A stretch of 64,000 nt of DNA from an uncultured Eubacteriales bacterium. GTDB lineage: Bacteria > Bacillota > Clostridia > Oscillospirales > Acutalibacteraceae. The stretch covers positions 2,283-66,282 of the forward strand of contig CAKSPR010000004.1 in the NCBI GenBank assembly GCA_934486455.1, given 5' to 3'. The notes under the pieces were generated by a model. That model made no database searches. It was not told the DNA's origin and saw only the letters and a list, made by a program, of their open reading frames with translations. Positions 48,695 to 58,574 of this stretch are shown piece after piece; the stretch's first letter is position 1, and each line of letters begins with the position of its first letter. A program made the position numbers and the translations under genes.

Positions 48695-49318
48695 ATGACA
48701 AAGAATGTTATTACCATTTCGAGAAAATACGGCAGCCTCGGCAGAGATATGGGAGTTGCCCTGTCTGAAATTTACGGAATCGAATATTACGACAAGGATC
48801 TCATAAAAATCGCGTCGGAAGAAACCGGAGTTCACGAATCTCTTTTCGGCAAGGCCGACGAGAAAATCAACGGCTCCTTCTTTATCAAGCGAAGCGGCGC
48901 ATATAAAGGCACTGTCGAGCCTCCCACAAGCGCAGACTATACCTCCGACAAAAATATCTTCAGCCTCCAGGCCGAGGTCATCAAGCGCTTGGCAGAGCGG
49001 GAATCCTGCATCATTATCGGACGCTGCGCCGGTTATGTTTTAAAGGATTTCGATAATGTCTGTAACATCTTTTTATACGGCTCGGAGGAATTTTGCGTCA
49101 ACAACATCGCAAAGCGCTATGCCCTTTCGAAAAAAGAAGCCGAAAGGCTTTCGGAGCAGGTCACAAGACAGCGTTCCCAATACTATAAATACTACACCGG
49201 CAAAGAATGGATGGACGCCGACAACTATGACCTTTGCGTAGACATAAGCCGCATGGGCTTTGACAAGGCCGTTGAGCTTATAAAATCCTACCTCGAAATT
49301 GTTGGATTTAAAAAATAA
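48695..49318 (+). CDS. Cytidylate kinase-like family protein (AAA_33 / Cytidylate_kin2-like)
   Basis: ITISRKYGSLGRDMG P-loop-like N-terminus. Confidence 0.6.
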   Translation: MTKNVITISRKYGSLGRDMGVALSEIYGIEYYDKDLIKIASEETGVHESLFGKADEKINGSFFIKRSGAYKGTVEPPTSADYTSDKNIFSLQAEVIKRLAERESCIIIGRCAGYVLKDFDNVCNIFLYGSEEFCVNNIAKRYALSKKEAERLSEQVTRQRSQYYKYYTGKEWMDADNYDLCVDISRMGFDKAVELIKSYLEIVGFKK

Positions 49319-49322
49319 AAAC

Positions 49323-49364
49323 AGCTCCGTAGCTTGAGGTCTGCATGCCTAAACTACGGAGCTT
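49323..49364. terminator. Bidirectional terminator with stem agctccgtag / ctacggagct
   Basis: Perfect 10-bp stem with a 22-nt loop. A T-rich tract follows on the minus side. Confidence 0.5.
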
Positions 49365-49383
49365 TAATTAACTTTTACGGTTA

Positions 49384-49707
49384 TCAATAATTGATGACCA
49401 TACACATAGCCGCCGTGATGATGTAAAGGGCTATGCTGACAAACTTGAATATCTGATATTTTGTTATGGAAATTCCGTCGTCGTTAACGGTGGCAACCGC
49501 CTTGACATATGTCACGAAAAGGAATATGTAAAAGGGCGCAAAGATGAAGCAGAGGTAGCCGTTAATGCTCGGGATGAACATTATGGCCACATTTATGGCG
49601 ATAATAATGGCCTGAAGAACCATTGTTACGGCAAAAGCCTTGCGCCGCTTGCCGTTCATCGTAGTTTCCTTTTCGATAATGGGATCTCCGTATTTATCAT
49701 ATTTCAT
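49384..49707 (-). CDS. Small hypothetical membrane protein (~107 aa, 2-3 transmembrane segments)
   Basis: RBS GGGAG precedes the ATG at 49707. The sequence is hydrophobic and no family was recognised. Confidence 0.45.
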   Translation of the reverse strand: MKYDKYGDPIIEKETTMNGKRRKAFAVTMVLQAIIIAINVAIMFIPSINGYLCFIFAPFYIFLFVTYVKAVATVNDDGISITKYQIFKFVSIALYIITAAMCMVINY

Positions 49708-49770
49708 TTTAATCAACTCCCGAAGGACAATATAACATACAGATTGAAAAAAATCAATCCCGAGGTGTAT

Positions 49771-50463
49771 ATGAACGCGAAAAAACTTTCAAGCCGTCTT
49801 GCTCTTGCCGCCGATTTTGTGACCGAAAATGCCGCCGTCGCCGACATCGGTACCGACCACGGCAGCCTTCCCATATTTCTTGTGAGCAGCGGAAAATGCC
49901 CAAAAGCCATTGCTTCCGACCTGCGGGAGGGTCCCCTTGCGTCGGCAAAAAGCAACATAAAAACGGCGGGACTATCAAATGTCATTGAAACAAGGCTTTC
50001 GGACGGACTGAAAAGCATAAAAAAGGATGAATTCGACGAGGCGGTCATGGCCGGAATGGGTGGAATACTCATCTGCGAAATACTTGAAAGCTGCCCTTAC
50101 AGAGAAAGCAAGGCCTTTATACTCCAGCCCATGTCCGACCCCGACATTTTGCGGCGGTGGCTTTACAAAAACGGCTTTGAAATAACAAGGGAACGGGCGG
50201 TTTGCGAGGGCAAGCGGGTATATGTGGTCATGCGGGCCGAGTACAGCGGAAAGAGTCGGAAACTAACCGATTATGAGGCCTTTGTCGGCACTCTTTGCAA
50301 AAGCCCCAAGTGTGCGGAATTTGAATATTTCAAAAAGCTTTCGAGAACTCTTGAAAAGCAGATAAGGGGGCAAAGCGGCACCGGCGCCGACACTTCGGCT
50401 CTTAAATCGCTGAAAGAACAAATCGACAGCCTGATAAACGACGGTGCAAAAAGCCGGGCCTGA
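49771..50463 (+). CDS. trmK: tRNA (adenine22-N1)-methyltransferase
   Basis: DIGTDHGSLPIFL motif, which is TrmK/YqfN-like, and the adjacent Nif3-like gene. Confidence 0.75.
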   Translation: MNAKKLSSRLALAADFVTENAAVADIGTDHGSLPIFLVSSGKCPKAIASDLREGPLASAKSNIKTAGLSNVIETRLSDGLKSIKKDEFDEAVMAGMGGILICEILESCPYRESKAFILQPMSDPDILRRWLYKNGFEITRERAVCEGKRVYVVMRAEYSGKSRKLTDYEAFVGTLCKSPKCAEFEYFKKLSRTLEKQIRGQSGTGADTSALKSLKEQIDSLINDGAKSRA

Positions 50464-50572
50464 CCCGACAAGCAACCGACGAAATTCCGGCAAAGCAATC
50501 GAACAAACGGCGGCAGTAAGGCTCTCTGCGCCGAAGCATAAAAAGCACAACATAAAAATATGAGGTGAAAGT

Positions 50573-51334
50573 ATGAAGGTTATTGACATTTTGGAATTTA
50601 TAGATTCCTTTGCCCCCTTTAATACCGCCCTGCCCTTCGACAATGCGGGACTGCTTGTGGGGGACGGGCAAAGAGAAATAAACAAGATCGGTGCGGTGCT
50701 TGATGTCACCGCCCAAGCGGTGGAATATGCCGTCCAAAACGGCATTGACCTGATAGTCAGCCACCATCCCGTTATTTTTAATCCCCTCAAACGGCTTCAG
50801 ACCGACAGCGTGCCCTACCTTCTTGCCAAGCACGACATTGCCGTCATCTCGGCACACACCAACCTCGACGCGGCAAGGGGCGGAGTAAACGACGCGCTGG
50901 CAAAGGCACTGGAGCTTGAAAACATCGCTCCTCTCGCCGAAAACGACGGTGACGACTTTCCCCCAATAGGCAGAACTGGCACATTAAAGCGGCCCATGTC
51001 CGACCGCGATTTTGCGAAATTCGTTGCAGAAAAGCTCTCAACAAAAGCAAAGACCGTGCTAAGCGGCAAGGAAATAGCCAAGGTTGCTCTTTGCGGCGGC
51101 GCAGGGGAGGATTTCATTACCCCCGCCCTTAAAGCCGGCGCAGACGCCCTTGTCACCTCCGATGTAAAGCATCATAATCTGCTGCTTGCAAAGTCCCTCG
51201 GCCTTTGCCTGATAGACGCGGGACATTTTGAAACCGAGAATGTCGTTGTCCCGATCTTGGCCGAAAAGCTGGCCGCCTTCTCGGCCACCGAAACGGTCAT
51301 CATCCCCCAGTTTCCCCCCGCCGTGTGGTTTTGA
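50573..51334 (+). CDS. Nif3-like dinuclear metal-centre protein (YqfO family)
   Basis: Family-typical length and a trmK-nif3 gene pairing. RBS GAGGTGA precedes the start. Confidence 0.75.
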   Translation: MKVIDILEFIDSFAPFNTALPFDNAGLLVGDGQREINKIGAVLDVTAQAVEYAVQNGIDLIVSHHPVIFNPLKRLQTDSVPYLLAKHDIAVISAHTNLDAARGGVNDALAKALELENIAPLAENDGDDFPPIGRTGTLKRPMSDRDFAKFVAEKLSTKAKTVLSGKEIAKVALCGGAGEDFITPALKAGADALVTSDVKHHNLLLAKSLGLCLIDAGHFETENVVVPILAEKLAAFSATETVIIPQFPPAVWF

Positions 51335-51382
51335 TTGTTAAGCTGTCACCCGGTAATTTTTGATTTAATTTGACAAAAAAAA

Positions 51383-51414
51383 GAGGACTCGCAGTGAGTC
51401 CTCTTTTGATTTTT
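51383..51414. terminator. Bidirectional intrinsic terminator shared by the Nif3-like gene and tal
   Basis: agaggactc-gcagt-gagtcctct with an A8 run upstream and a T-run downstream. Confidence 0.75.
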
Positions 51415-51423
51415 GTGCTTTGA

Positions 51424-52071
51424 TTATTTAGGAACCTTTTCCCAGTCCTTGAGGAAGCCTTCAACGGCTCTGGCGGAGTTGGGGTTGGTAGCCATCTGCA
51501 TAACAACCTTGAAGGGCATGGTGGCAATGTCGGTGCCCATTCTGGCAAGCTCGGCAACGTGACCGGGATGACGGACCGATGCGGCAACGATCTTGGTGTC
51601 GATGCCCTGAGCGTCGAAGATCTCGCGAATCTCGGCAACGAGGTTAAGTCCGTTTTCGCCGATGTCGTCCATACGGCCGACGAAGGGAGCAACATAGGAA
51701 GCGCCTGCGTTGGCGGCAAGAATAGCCTGGCAGGAGGAGAAAACAACCGTGTTGCAGACGGTGATACCCTCGGAAGAAAGGGTCTTAACGGCCTTGAGTC
51801 CTTCGGGGATCATGGGGATCTTGACAACGATGTTCTTGCTCTTTGCGGCAAGCTTTCTGCCTTCTTCGATCATTCCCTCGGCGTCAACGCTGAGAACCTC
51901 GGCAAAAACGGGGCCGTCGGTAATGATTGCGGTGATGTCGGTGAGAAGATCGTCAAACTTTCTGTTTTCTCTTGATATGATCGAGGGGTTGGTGGTTACA
52001 CCGGTGATGGCGCCCATATCATAAGCGGTTTTGATCTGCTCGATATTTGCGCTGTCGAGAAAGATTTTCAT
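51424..52071 (-). CDS. tal: Transaldolase / fructose-6-phosphate aldolase family protein (~215 aa)
   Basis: MKIFLDSANIEQIK...TTNPS motif. RBS GGAGG precedes the ATG at 52071. Confidence 0.85.
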   Translation of the reverse strand: MKIFLDSANIEQIKTAYDMGAITGVTTNPSIISRENRKFDDLLTDITAIITDGPVFAEVLSVDAEGMIEEGRKLAAKSKNIVVKIPMIPEGLKAVKTLSSEGITVCNTVVFSSCQAILAANAGASYVAPFVGRMDDIGENGLNLVAEIREIFDAQGIDTKIVAASVRHPGHVAELARMGTDIATMPFKVVMQMATNPNSARAVEGFLKDWEKVPK

Positions 52072-52154
52072 TTTAATTTCCTCCAATATTACAATTGACC
52101 TTTTCCCGCTTTAAGGGCCGGCCTTTTTTTCGGGAAAGGCTTAATTTAAACAAA

Positions 52155-53423
52155 TCAGTCGATGGACTTGGCATTTTCGAGAAGATATTTCTCGGCGTCA
52201 TAGCACCACAGTCCGTTGTTTTCGGCCACGATCTCGGCAAGCTTTTTGAACATGGGATCGGTTTCTCCCAGCTTTTCGAAATCGGCAATGGCGGTGAGAG
52301 GCATGGAAATGTGGGTGTAGATGAGCTTTTTGCCGCCCTTGATGTTGGGAAGGTTAAGGGTGGTTTCCACAACGCTGTCAAGGCCACCCACATGTGTGAT
52401 CATGGACGCGGGGTTGACCTTGCCGCTTCCCATCATGGAAATGACCTCTACCACATCGTCGATATTGCTGCCCGAATCGCCGGCAATGTGCGTGGTATCG
52501 TAATGGACATTATAGAAATTAAATTCGGCCGAAAACTCGGTCTTGGTGGGGCCTGCGAAGAAATTGAGGCATCCGTCGTGACCGAGGATTGCGCCGCCCT
52601 GCTCCACAACCGGTTTAACGGGAGCGAAAACAAAAACATCATCAAAGCCCTTGCCGCCGGTAAGGCCGCGGAGCACGCCCACGGGATCGTCGCAGGCGGT
52701 GTTTACATAGTGAAGCTCAACGCCGAATTTCTTGGCATCCTCGGGAGTGTATATGGATGCGGCGCGGGCAAGTCTTGCGTCGTCCACATCGGTGACAACC
52801 AGAAGGGAGGGATGAACATCGCGGTGAATGGCATAGTCGATTGCACCCAGTCCCATGGGACCCGCACCGGCGAGAATGGCCATTTTACCGTTTTGGACGA
52901 TGTCCATTTTATGAGCATAGTGGTGGCCGGGAACGTTGTGCCAGGAGGTGTGAAGTCCGCCGGCAATACATGCCATAGGCTCGGAAAGGGAGCCGTAGAA
53001 GAAGGCGTCTCCGGTGTAGTTCAGAAGGCATCCAAGCTCCATAACCTTGTTGGGAACGATAACATAGGTGGCGTCGCCGCCGATGTATCTGAAGGAATAG
53101 CCGGGAGCGGCATAAATGTCCTCGGGGTCGTTAAGAGCCGGCTGAATGGAAACGCGCTGACCCTCTTTAAAGTCGTTTGCCCATTTGCTTCCCACCTTGA
53201 CGATTTCGCCGCAGAACTCGTGTCCTACAATGGTGGGGTTTTCGGCCACGTCGTTGGGCACGCGCTTATGCTTTGCACCCTGGATGGCGGCCTTGTAGGT
53301 GGACATGCAAATGCTGTCGGATACCACCTTGAGCAGTATCTCGTCCTCCTGCATCTCGGGAAGCTCGAACTCCTCAAGGCGCAAATCGTTTTCACCGTAA
53401 ATTCTTACTGCTTTTGTTTTCAT
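52155..53423 (-). CDS. Zinc-dependent alcohol dehydrogenase family protein (sorbitol/polyol dehydrogenase-like). At 422 aa it is unusually long.
   Basis: GHEFCGEI zinc-ligand motif and GAGPMGLGA Rossmann motif. Confidence 0.75.
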   Translation of the reverse strand: MKTKAVRIYGENDLRLEEFELPEMQEDEILLKVVSDSICMSTYKAAIQGAKHKRVPNDVAENPTIVGHEFCGEIVKVGSKWANDFKEGQRVSIQPALNDPEDIYAAPGYSFRYIGGDATYVIVPNKVMELGCLLNYTGDAFFYGSLSEPMACIAGGLHTSWHNVPGHHYAHKMDIVQNGKMAILAGAGPMGLGAIDYAIHRDVHPSLLVVTDVDDARLARAASIYTPEDAKKFGVELHYVNTACDDPVGVLRGLTGGKGFDDVFVFAPVKPVVEQGGAILGHDGCLNFFAGPTKTEFSAEFNFYNVHYDTTHIAGDSGSNIDDVVEVISMMGSGKVNPASMITHVGGLDSVVETTLNLPNIKGGKKLIYTHISMPLTAIADFEKLGETDPMFKKLAEIVAENNGLWCYDAEKYLLENAKSID

Positions 53424-53572
53424 TTTGAAGACCTCTTTAAAAATTAATTTTTAAATTTGGTATGACGGACGGTTGGCGGGAATCCGTTTTGAGAAACCTG
53501 CGGCGGCAGACTTAACCGCACCGCCCTTTAAGTTTAAAACGGGTTGCCGCTCCGCAATTTGACTTAACGGAA

Positions 53573-54169
53573 TTATCCGATGGTTATAACGGGATCGTTG
53601 AATGTGGGATGAAGCTCGTTGGAGTTTTCATCGCAGCAGCTGGGGCAGGAGATGTTGAGCTTGGTCTCGCCCGATGCGCCTGCCTTGGGTTTAAAGGTGA
53701 GCTTTCCAAGCTCGACGGCATCGCTTATGGATTTGGCGGTGCTGCTCATCATGGCGATACGGATAGTGCCCTTTTCAGGCTCGTTATCGGCCGAAAGGAA
53801 GGAGTCCTCGTTGGCGGCAAAATCTATATATTCAAGCTTGTCGGTGTCGTAAGAAACGGTCAGATCAATGGCGGCAATGGTTGAGCCGGCCGAAACCTCG
53901 AGAGGTATCGTGATTTCCTCGCCTGCCTTGGCGGTCTTGGCCCCCGAGCCGACGGTAAATTCGGGAGCGACAAAGGTTGCCGATTCTCCGCCGTCGGTGC
54001 TGCTTTTACCGTTCTGTGTGGCCGACTTTAAAGCGTCTGCCGCCGAAGCGGAGGTTGTTGTCGAAGCTCCGCCGTCAGACTGAACGTCGGTGCCTTTGTC
54101 ACCCTTCTTTTTACAGGCCGAAAATGCCGTAAGCATAAGAACCGCAAGAATAAGTGCTGTTATTTTTCT
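53573..54169 (-). CDS. Small lipoprotein with a cohesin domain
   Basis: Signal peptide plus lipobox AFSAC. The cohesin-like core is AGEEITIPLEVSAGSTIAAIDLTVSYDTDKLEY...GTIRIAMMS...AVELGKLTFKPKAGASGETKL. RBS AAGGAG precedes the ATG at 54169. Confidence 0.6.
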   Translation of the reverse strand, partial: RKITALILAVLMLTAFSACKKKGDKGTDVQSDGGASTTTSASAADALKSATQNGKSSTDGGESATFVAPEFTVGSGAKTAKAGEEITIPLEVSAGSTIAAIDLTVSYDTDKLEYIDFAANEDSFLSADNEPEKGTIRIAMMSSTAKSISDAVELGKLTFKPKAGASGETKLNISCPSCCDENSNELHPTFNDPVITIG

Positions 54170-54219
54170 CATTACATTCACTCCTTTTGTCCAAAAAAGA
54201 TTATACACCATTTTTACTC

Positions 54220-55197
54220 CTAAAGCAATTGCTTTTTAGATTTTTTTATTTTGATTTTTTCGTCGGGTATCTGAGCCAGCAAAATGGCCGCAAACATAAG
54301 CACACAGCCGATAATTTCCCTTGCTCCCATGGCGTCTCCCAAAATGATCCACCCCGAAAGCACGGCGAAAACCGATTCCATGCACATTATAAGCGAAGCA
54401 ACCGTCGGGTCGGTGTATTTTTGGCCGACTATCTGCAGGGTATAGGCAACGCCGCTGCTCATAACGCCCGAATAAAGTATCGGCAAGGCGGCCGAAAGTA
54501 TACCTCTTAAGGAGGGCTGTTCGAATATGAACATACACCCTGCCGACAAAAGCCCGCCCACAAAAAACTGAATACATGACAGCCACACCCCGTTTACCAT
54601 GGGTGAAAAATGATCTATCACGAGAATGTGGCCGGTAAAGGCCATGGCACAAAGGAGGGTTATAACATCACCTATACATATGGCGTTCCCTTCTCCGGTT
54701 TTGACGCAGAGCAGGTAAAGCCCCGTCACCGCAAGCACAATGCCTATCCAAACGGTTTTTTGGGGTTTTCTTTTAAGAAAGATGCTGACAATGGGCACCA
54801 TAACCACATAAAGGGCGGTTATAAACCCAGATTTGCCGGCGGTTGTGCCGTTTTCGATTCCGAACTGCTGCAGATTTGCCGCCACAAAAATGACAGCGCC
54901 GCACACAAGTCCTCCGATAACCACCGTTTTGTTGGGCTTGCGGTGTCCCACGGGGCCGTCGGCCGCATTTTTGGGCGTGCGCGAGGATATAAGCGCCACC
55001 GGCAGTATACAAGCCGAGCCGATGAGCATCCTCACTCCGTTAAACGTGAACGGCTGGACCAGTCCCACGCTTTCGCTCTGGGCCACAAAGGAGGTGCCCC
55101 AAATAAAGGCGGCAAGGGCAAGAAGGATGTTGCCCAGCATTTTTTTTGCAGATGCGGTAGATATAACAATTCCTCCCGTATGTTTTTTTAATCTCAA
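54220..55197 (-). CDS. DMT-superfamily (EamA-like) transporter
   Basis: Ten predicted transmembrane helices with two EamA-like repeats. The start at 55197 overlaps the PHP stop as ATGA; an alternative ATG lies at 55140. Confidence 0.7.
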   Translation of the reverse strand: MRLKKHTGGIVISTASAKKMLGNILLALAAFIWGTSFVAQSESVGLVQPFTFNGVRMLIGSACILPVALISSRTPKNAADGPVGHRKPNKTVVIGGLVCGAVIFVAANLQQFGIENGTTAGKSGFITALYVVMVPIVSIFLKRKPQKTVWIGIVLAVTGLYLLCVKTGEGNAICIGDVITLLCAMAFTGHILVIDHFSPMVNGVWLSCIQFFVGGLLSAGCMFIFEQPSLRGILSAALPILYSGVMSSGVAYTLQIVGQKYTDPTVASLIMCMESVFAVLSGWIILGDAMGAREIIGCVLMFAAILLAQIPDEKIKIKKSKKQLL

Positions 55198-55922
55198 AAA
55201 TTCTGCGGATAGCTCTTTTCGCTTCCGTCAAAAAGGGTATAGGGTCGACGGTTTAAGAGGGTGTCCATATAATCGAAAACCGTTTCAAAGGGCTTTTCGA
55301 CCCCGATGCCGCCGCCCAGCATGTTTATATCGTGATTGTCGCTCCCCGCCGTTTGGGGAAGATTATATTTCTCGGCATATTTGACGGCGTCGATGTCAAA
55401 CTGCGGAACACTTTGAGGCTTGCGGCAGTGGGGATTGGAATGGGAGGCGTTGCGACTTTCGACCGCGTCGACAAGCCCGGGATAAAGCCTTACCTCATCC
55501 ACAATGCCCTTGACAATCCTGAAGGGATGGGCATGAACCACCATTCCGCCTGCGTTTTTGATTATTTTATACTGCTCCTCCACCGAGTCGGTCTTTATCT
55601 CGGGGTGGTTTATAAGCCACTGTTCATCGATACCGTAAACGAGAAATTCTGTGGCCTTAAAATTGGTCTCCAGTCCAAAAAACACCGAAAGGCCTATTTT
55701 GTCGCCCTCCTCCTTGGCTGCGCGGTATCCCGCACAGTATCCTCTTACCCACTGCTCCCAGGGCAGGCTTTGGTCGACACAGTTGTTGCCCCGCCAAAAG
55801 TGGTTTGTAACCATTATACCTGCATAGCCGCCGGCCTTATACGCCCTTGCCATCTCGGCACCGGAATTTACGGCACAGGCGCTGGCTTCGTTTGTATGAC
55901 AGTGGGTTTCATAAAGATACAT
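55194..55922 (-). CDS. PHP-domain metal-dependent phosphoesterase
   Basis: ETHCHT N-terminal His motif and later HAHP. RBS GGAGGG precedes the start. Confidence 0.7.
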   Translation of the reverse strand: MYLYETHCHTNEASACAVNSGAEMARAYKAGGYAGIMVTNHFWRGNNCVDQSLPWEQWVRGYCAGYRAAKEEGDKIGLSVFFGLETNFKATEFLVYGIDEQWLINHPEIKTDSVEEQYKIIKNAGGMVVHAHPFRIVKGIVDEVRLYPGLVDAVESRNASHSNPHCRKPQSVPQFDIDAVKYAEKYNLPQTAGSDNHDINMLGGGIGVEKPFETVFDYMDTLLNRRPYTLFDGSEKSYPQNF

Positions 55923-56027
55923 AGCTTTCCCTCCAAAGAAACTCTTTAAAAAACATACATATAATAAGACATTTTGCCCTTCAAGTCAATGGAAAAGGGC
56001 AAATTTCGGCGGTGGGGATAATTTTTC

Positions 56028-56056
56028 TTGACAAAAGCTCCCGTTTATGTTACACT
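56028..56056 (+). promoter_or_regulatory. Promoter of rplU-prp-rpmA: TTGACA, 17-nt spacer, TACACT
   Basis: The sequence is ttgacaaaagctcccgtttatgttacact. Confidence 0.55.
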
Positions 56057-56059
56057 AAC

Positions 56060-56165
56060 AAAGCCGCTTGTTACGGGCGGTGGTTTTTGCTGTGCAAAAA
56101 TCACCATAAAGAGAAGTTTTTCCGCCCCGACTGACAGCGAGTCTATTGTATTGGAGTTTTAAAAA
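56060..56165 (+). ncRNA. Probable L21 ribosomal-protein leader, the autoregulatory 5' UTR of rplU
   Basis: A structured leader of about 105 nt in the position where Firmicutes carry the L21 leader. No database search was done. Confidence 0.4.
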
Positions 56166-56480
56166 ATGTACGCAATCATTGAGACCGGCGGAAAGCAGTA
56201 CAAGGTATCTAACGGCGACGTTATTTACATCGAAAAGCTTAATGCCGAAGCAGAGGAAACCGTAAAATTCGACAAGGTTCTCGCCTTCTGTGACGACAAC
56301 GGAGTTCAGGTCGGCGCCCCCACCCTCGACATTTCCGTTGAAGGCAAGGTGGTTAAAAACGGCAAGGGCAAGAAGATCACCGTTTTCACCTACAAGCCCA
56401 AGAAAAACGAAAAGAGAAAAATGGGTCACCGTCAACCCTACACCAAGGTTGAAATCGTTTCCATCAACGGCGTTAAATAA
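56166..56480 (+). CDS. rplU: 50S ribosomal protein L21
   Basis: [14 protein letters not shown]. Confidence 0.95.
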   Translation: MYAIIETGGKQYKVSNGDVIYIEKLNAEAEETVKFDKVLAFCDDNGVQVGAPTLDISVEGKVVKNGKGKKITVFTYKPKKNEKRKMGHRQPYTKVEIVSINGVK

Positions 56481-56812
56481 TGACCACCGCAGTTTTTTCC
56501 AAGGAAAACGGGCTTTTTAAGGGATTTGCCCTTTTCGGACACGCAGGCCGCGGAGGCGAAGGCAACGACATTGTCTGTGCGGCGTTGTCCTCAGCCGCCT
56601 ATCTTGCGGCGAACGCCCTTTCCCTGGACAATAAAAACGCAAAAATAAATATAAGCGAAGGCAAAATGACCGTTTATATCGGAAATGACAGCGAGCTTTC
56701 CGAAAAGGTGCTTACCGCCCTTGAATTTCAGCTGACCGACATACAGCGCCAGTATCCGAAAAATTTTCGCCTTTGCAGTTTAACTTTAACAGGAGGAAAA
56801 AACAATGTTTAA
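56480..56812 (+). CDS. prp: Ribosomal-processing cysteine protease Prp
   Basis: DUF464-type sequence with the GHAG...C catalytic dyad context. It lies between rplU and rpmA. Confidence 0.85.
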   Translation: MTTAVFSKENGLFKGFALFGHAGRGGEGNDIVCAALSSAAYLAANALSLDNKNAKINISEGKMTVYIGNDSELSEKVLTALEFQLTDIQRQYPKNFRLCSLTLTGGKNNV

Positions 56813-57089
56813 TGTAAATATTCAGCTTTTCGCTCATAAAAAGGGCGTTGGTTCGACCAAGAACGGCCGTGATTCGGAATCCAAGCGTCTCGGTCTTAAA
56901 AAGGGCGACGGCCAGTTTGTTACCGCCGGTAACATTCTTATCCGTCAGAGAGGCACCCACATCCATGCAGGCGAAAATGTCGGCCGCGGTTCGGATGATA
57001 CCCTTTTTGCCCTCATCGACGGAAAGGTTAAGTTCGAGCGCGTCGGTCGTGACCGCAAGCGCGTCAGTGTTTACGCTGTCGAACAATAA
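56805..57089 (+). CDS. rpmA: 50S ribosomal protein L27 with a Prp-cleaved N-terminal extension
   Basis: [24 protein letters not shown]. Confidence 0.95.
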   Translation: MFNVNIQLFAHKKGVGSTKNGRDSESKRLGLKKGDGQFVTAGNILIRQRGTHIHAGENVGRGSDDTLFALIDGKVKFERVGRDRKRVSVYAVEQ

Positions 57090-57173
57090 TTTTTGTTGTG
57101 TAAGCTTTGGGCGAAAAAAAGGGGGTTCCCTTGTATTTTCGCCCTTTTGTTTTGCCCGAAAGGTAAATAAAAA

Positions 57174-58436
57174 ATGTTTATAGATATTGCAAAAATCAAG
57201 ATCCGCGCAGGGGACGGCGGCAACGGTGCAGTCTCCTTCCGCAGGGAGAAGTATGTTGCGGCGGGAGGCCCCGACGGAGGAGACGGCGGAAAGGGCGGAA
57301 ACATTGTTTTTCTCCCGGACGACAACCTTTCGACCCTTGCGGATTTTCGCTACAAAAGAAAATACATCGCCGAAAACGGCCAGCCCGGCGGCGGAAAACG
57401 CTGCTTTGGCAAAAACGGCGCCGATCTTATAATACGCGTGCCCCGTGGCACCCTTGTCAAGGATGCAGAGAGCGGTCGGCTTCTTGCCGATGTGTCGGAC
57501 GATACCCCTGCCGTAGTCGCAAGGGGCGGGCGAGGCGGCTGGGGAAACAGCCATTTTGCCACTCCCACCCGTCAGGCTCCCCGTTTTGCCAAAAGCGGAG
57601 TGGTCGGTGAGGAAAAAGAGGTGCAGCTCGAGCTCAAGCTTCTTGCCGATGTGGGGCTTATCGGCTTCCCAAATGTGGGGAAATCCACCCTTGTTTCGGT
57701 GGTCAGCGAGGCGAGGCCGAAAATCGCCAACTACCATTTTACCACCCTATCCCCGGTGCTCGGAGTGGTCAGGATAGCCGAAGGCTCATCCTTTGTTATG
57801 GCCGATATTCCCGGCCTGATTGAGGGCGCGGGCGAGGGCGTGGGACTCGGACACGAGTTTTTGCGCCATGTGGAGCGTTGCAGAATGCTTCTTCACATTG
57901 TTGATGTATCTGGGAGCGAAGGGAGAGATCCCTGTGAGGATTTCGATGCCATCAACCGCGAGCTTGCGGTTTTCAGCGAGGATCTGGCAAAGCGCCCGCA
58001 GATCGTGGCAGGCAACAAATGCGACCTTGCCTCACCCGAGCAGATCGAGCGTTTCAGAAATTATGTCGAGCAAAAGGGCTACGAGTTTTTTGAGCTTACC
58101 GCTCCCATTTGCGAAGGCACAAAGGAAATTATAAACAGGATAGCGGCCATGCTTTCCACCCTGCCTCCCGTTGCCCGTTTCGAGCCCGATCCCGAGCCCG
58201 AAGCCGAAATTTCCCGCAACAAATTCGAAATAACAAAAGAAGGCGAGATTTATGCGGTCGACGCCCCGTGGCTTGAAAAAATCATGTCGACCATCAACCC
58301 CGAGGATTACGAATCCCTTCAGTATTTCGAACGCGTGCTCAGGGAAAGCGGCATAATCGACGAGCTAAGAAAAATGGGCATCGAGGACGGAGACACTGTT
58401 TCGATCCACGGCATGGAATTTGATTTTGTCAATTGA
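57174..58436 (+). CDS. obg: GTPase Obg
   Basis: Obg fold with a glycine-rich N-terminus, the G domain motif GFPNVGKST, and a C-terminal TGS-like OCT domain. Confidence 0.95.
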   Translation: MFIDIAKIKIRAGDGGNGAVSFRREKYVAAGGPDGGDGGKGGNIVFLPDDNLSTLADFRYKRKYIAENGQPGGGKRCFGKNGADLIIRVPRGTLVKDAESGRLLADVSDDTPAVVARGGRGGWGNSHFATPTRQAPRFAKSGVVGEEKEVQLELKLLADVGLIGFPNVGKSTLVSVVSEARPKIANYHFTTLSPVLGVVRIAEGSSFVMADIPGLIEGAGEGVGLGHEFLRHVERCRMLLHIVDVSGSEGRDPCEDFDAINRELAVFSEDLAKRPQIVAGNKCDLASPEQIERFRNYVEQKGYEFFELTAPICEGTKEIINRIAAMLSTLPPVARFEPDPEPEAEISRNKFEITKEGEIYAVDAPWLEKIMSTINPEDYESLQYFERVLRESGIIDELRKMGIEDGDTVSIHGMEFDFVN

Positions 58437-58574
58437 TTTTTCCAAATAAGCTTTCGGCTTCACGGCATTTTTTCATTCCGTCGGCTTTTCGCGGATTTCC
58501 CGCCGACACCCGTCGACCCTTCCGACCGTTTACCGACCCGTGCAGAGCTTTCGTCCGATTTAAAAGGAGATTTT

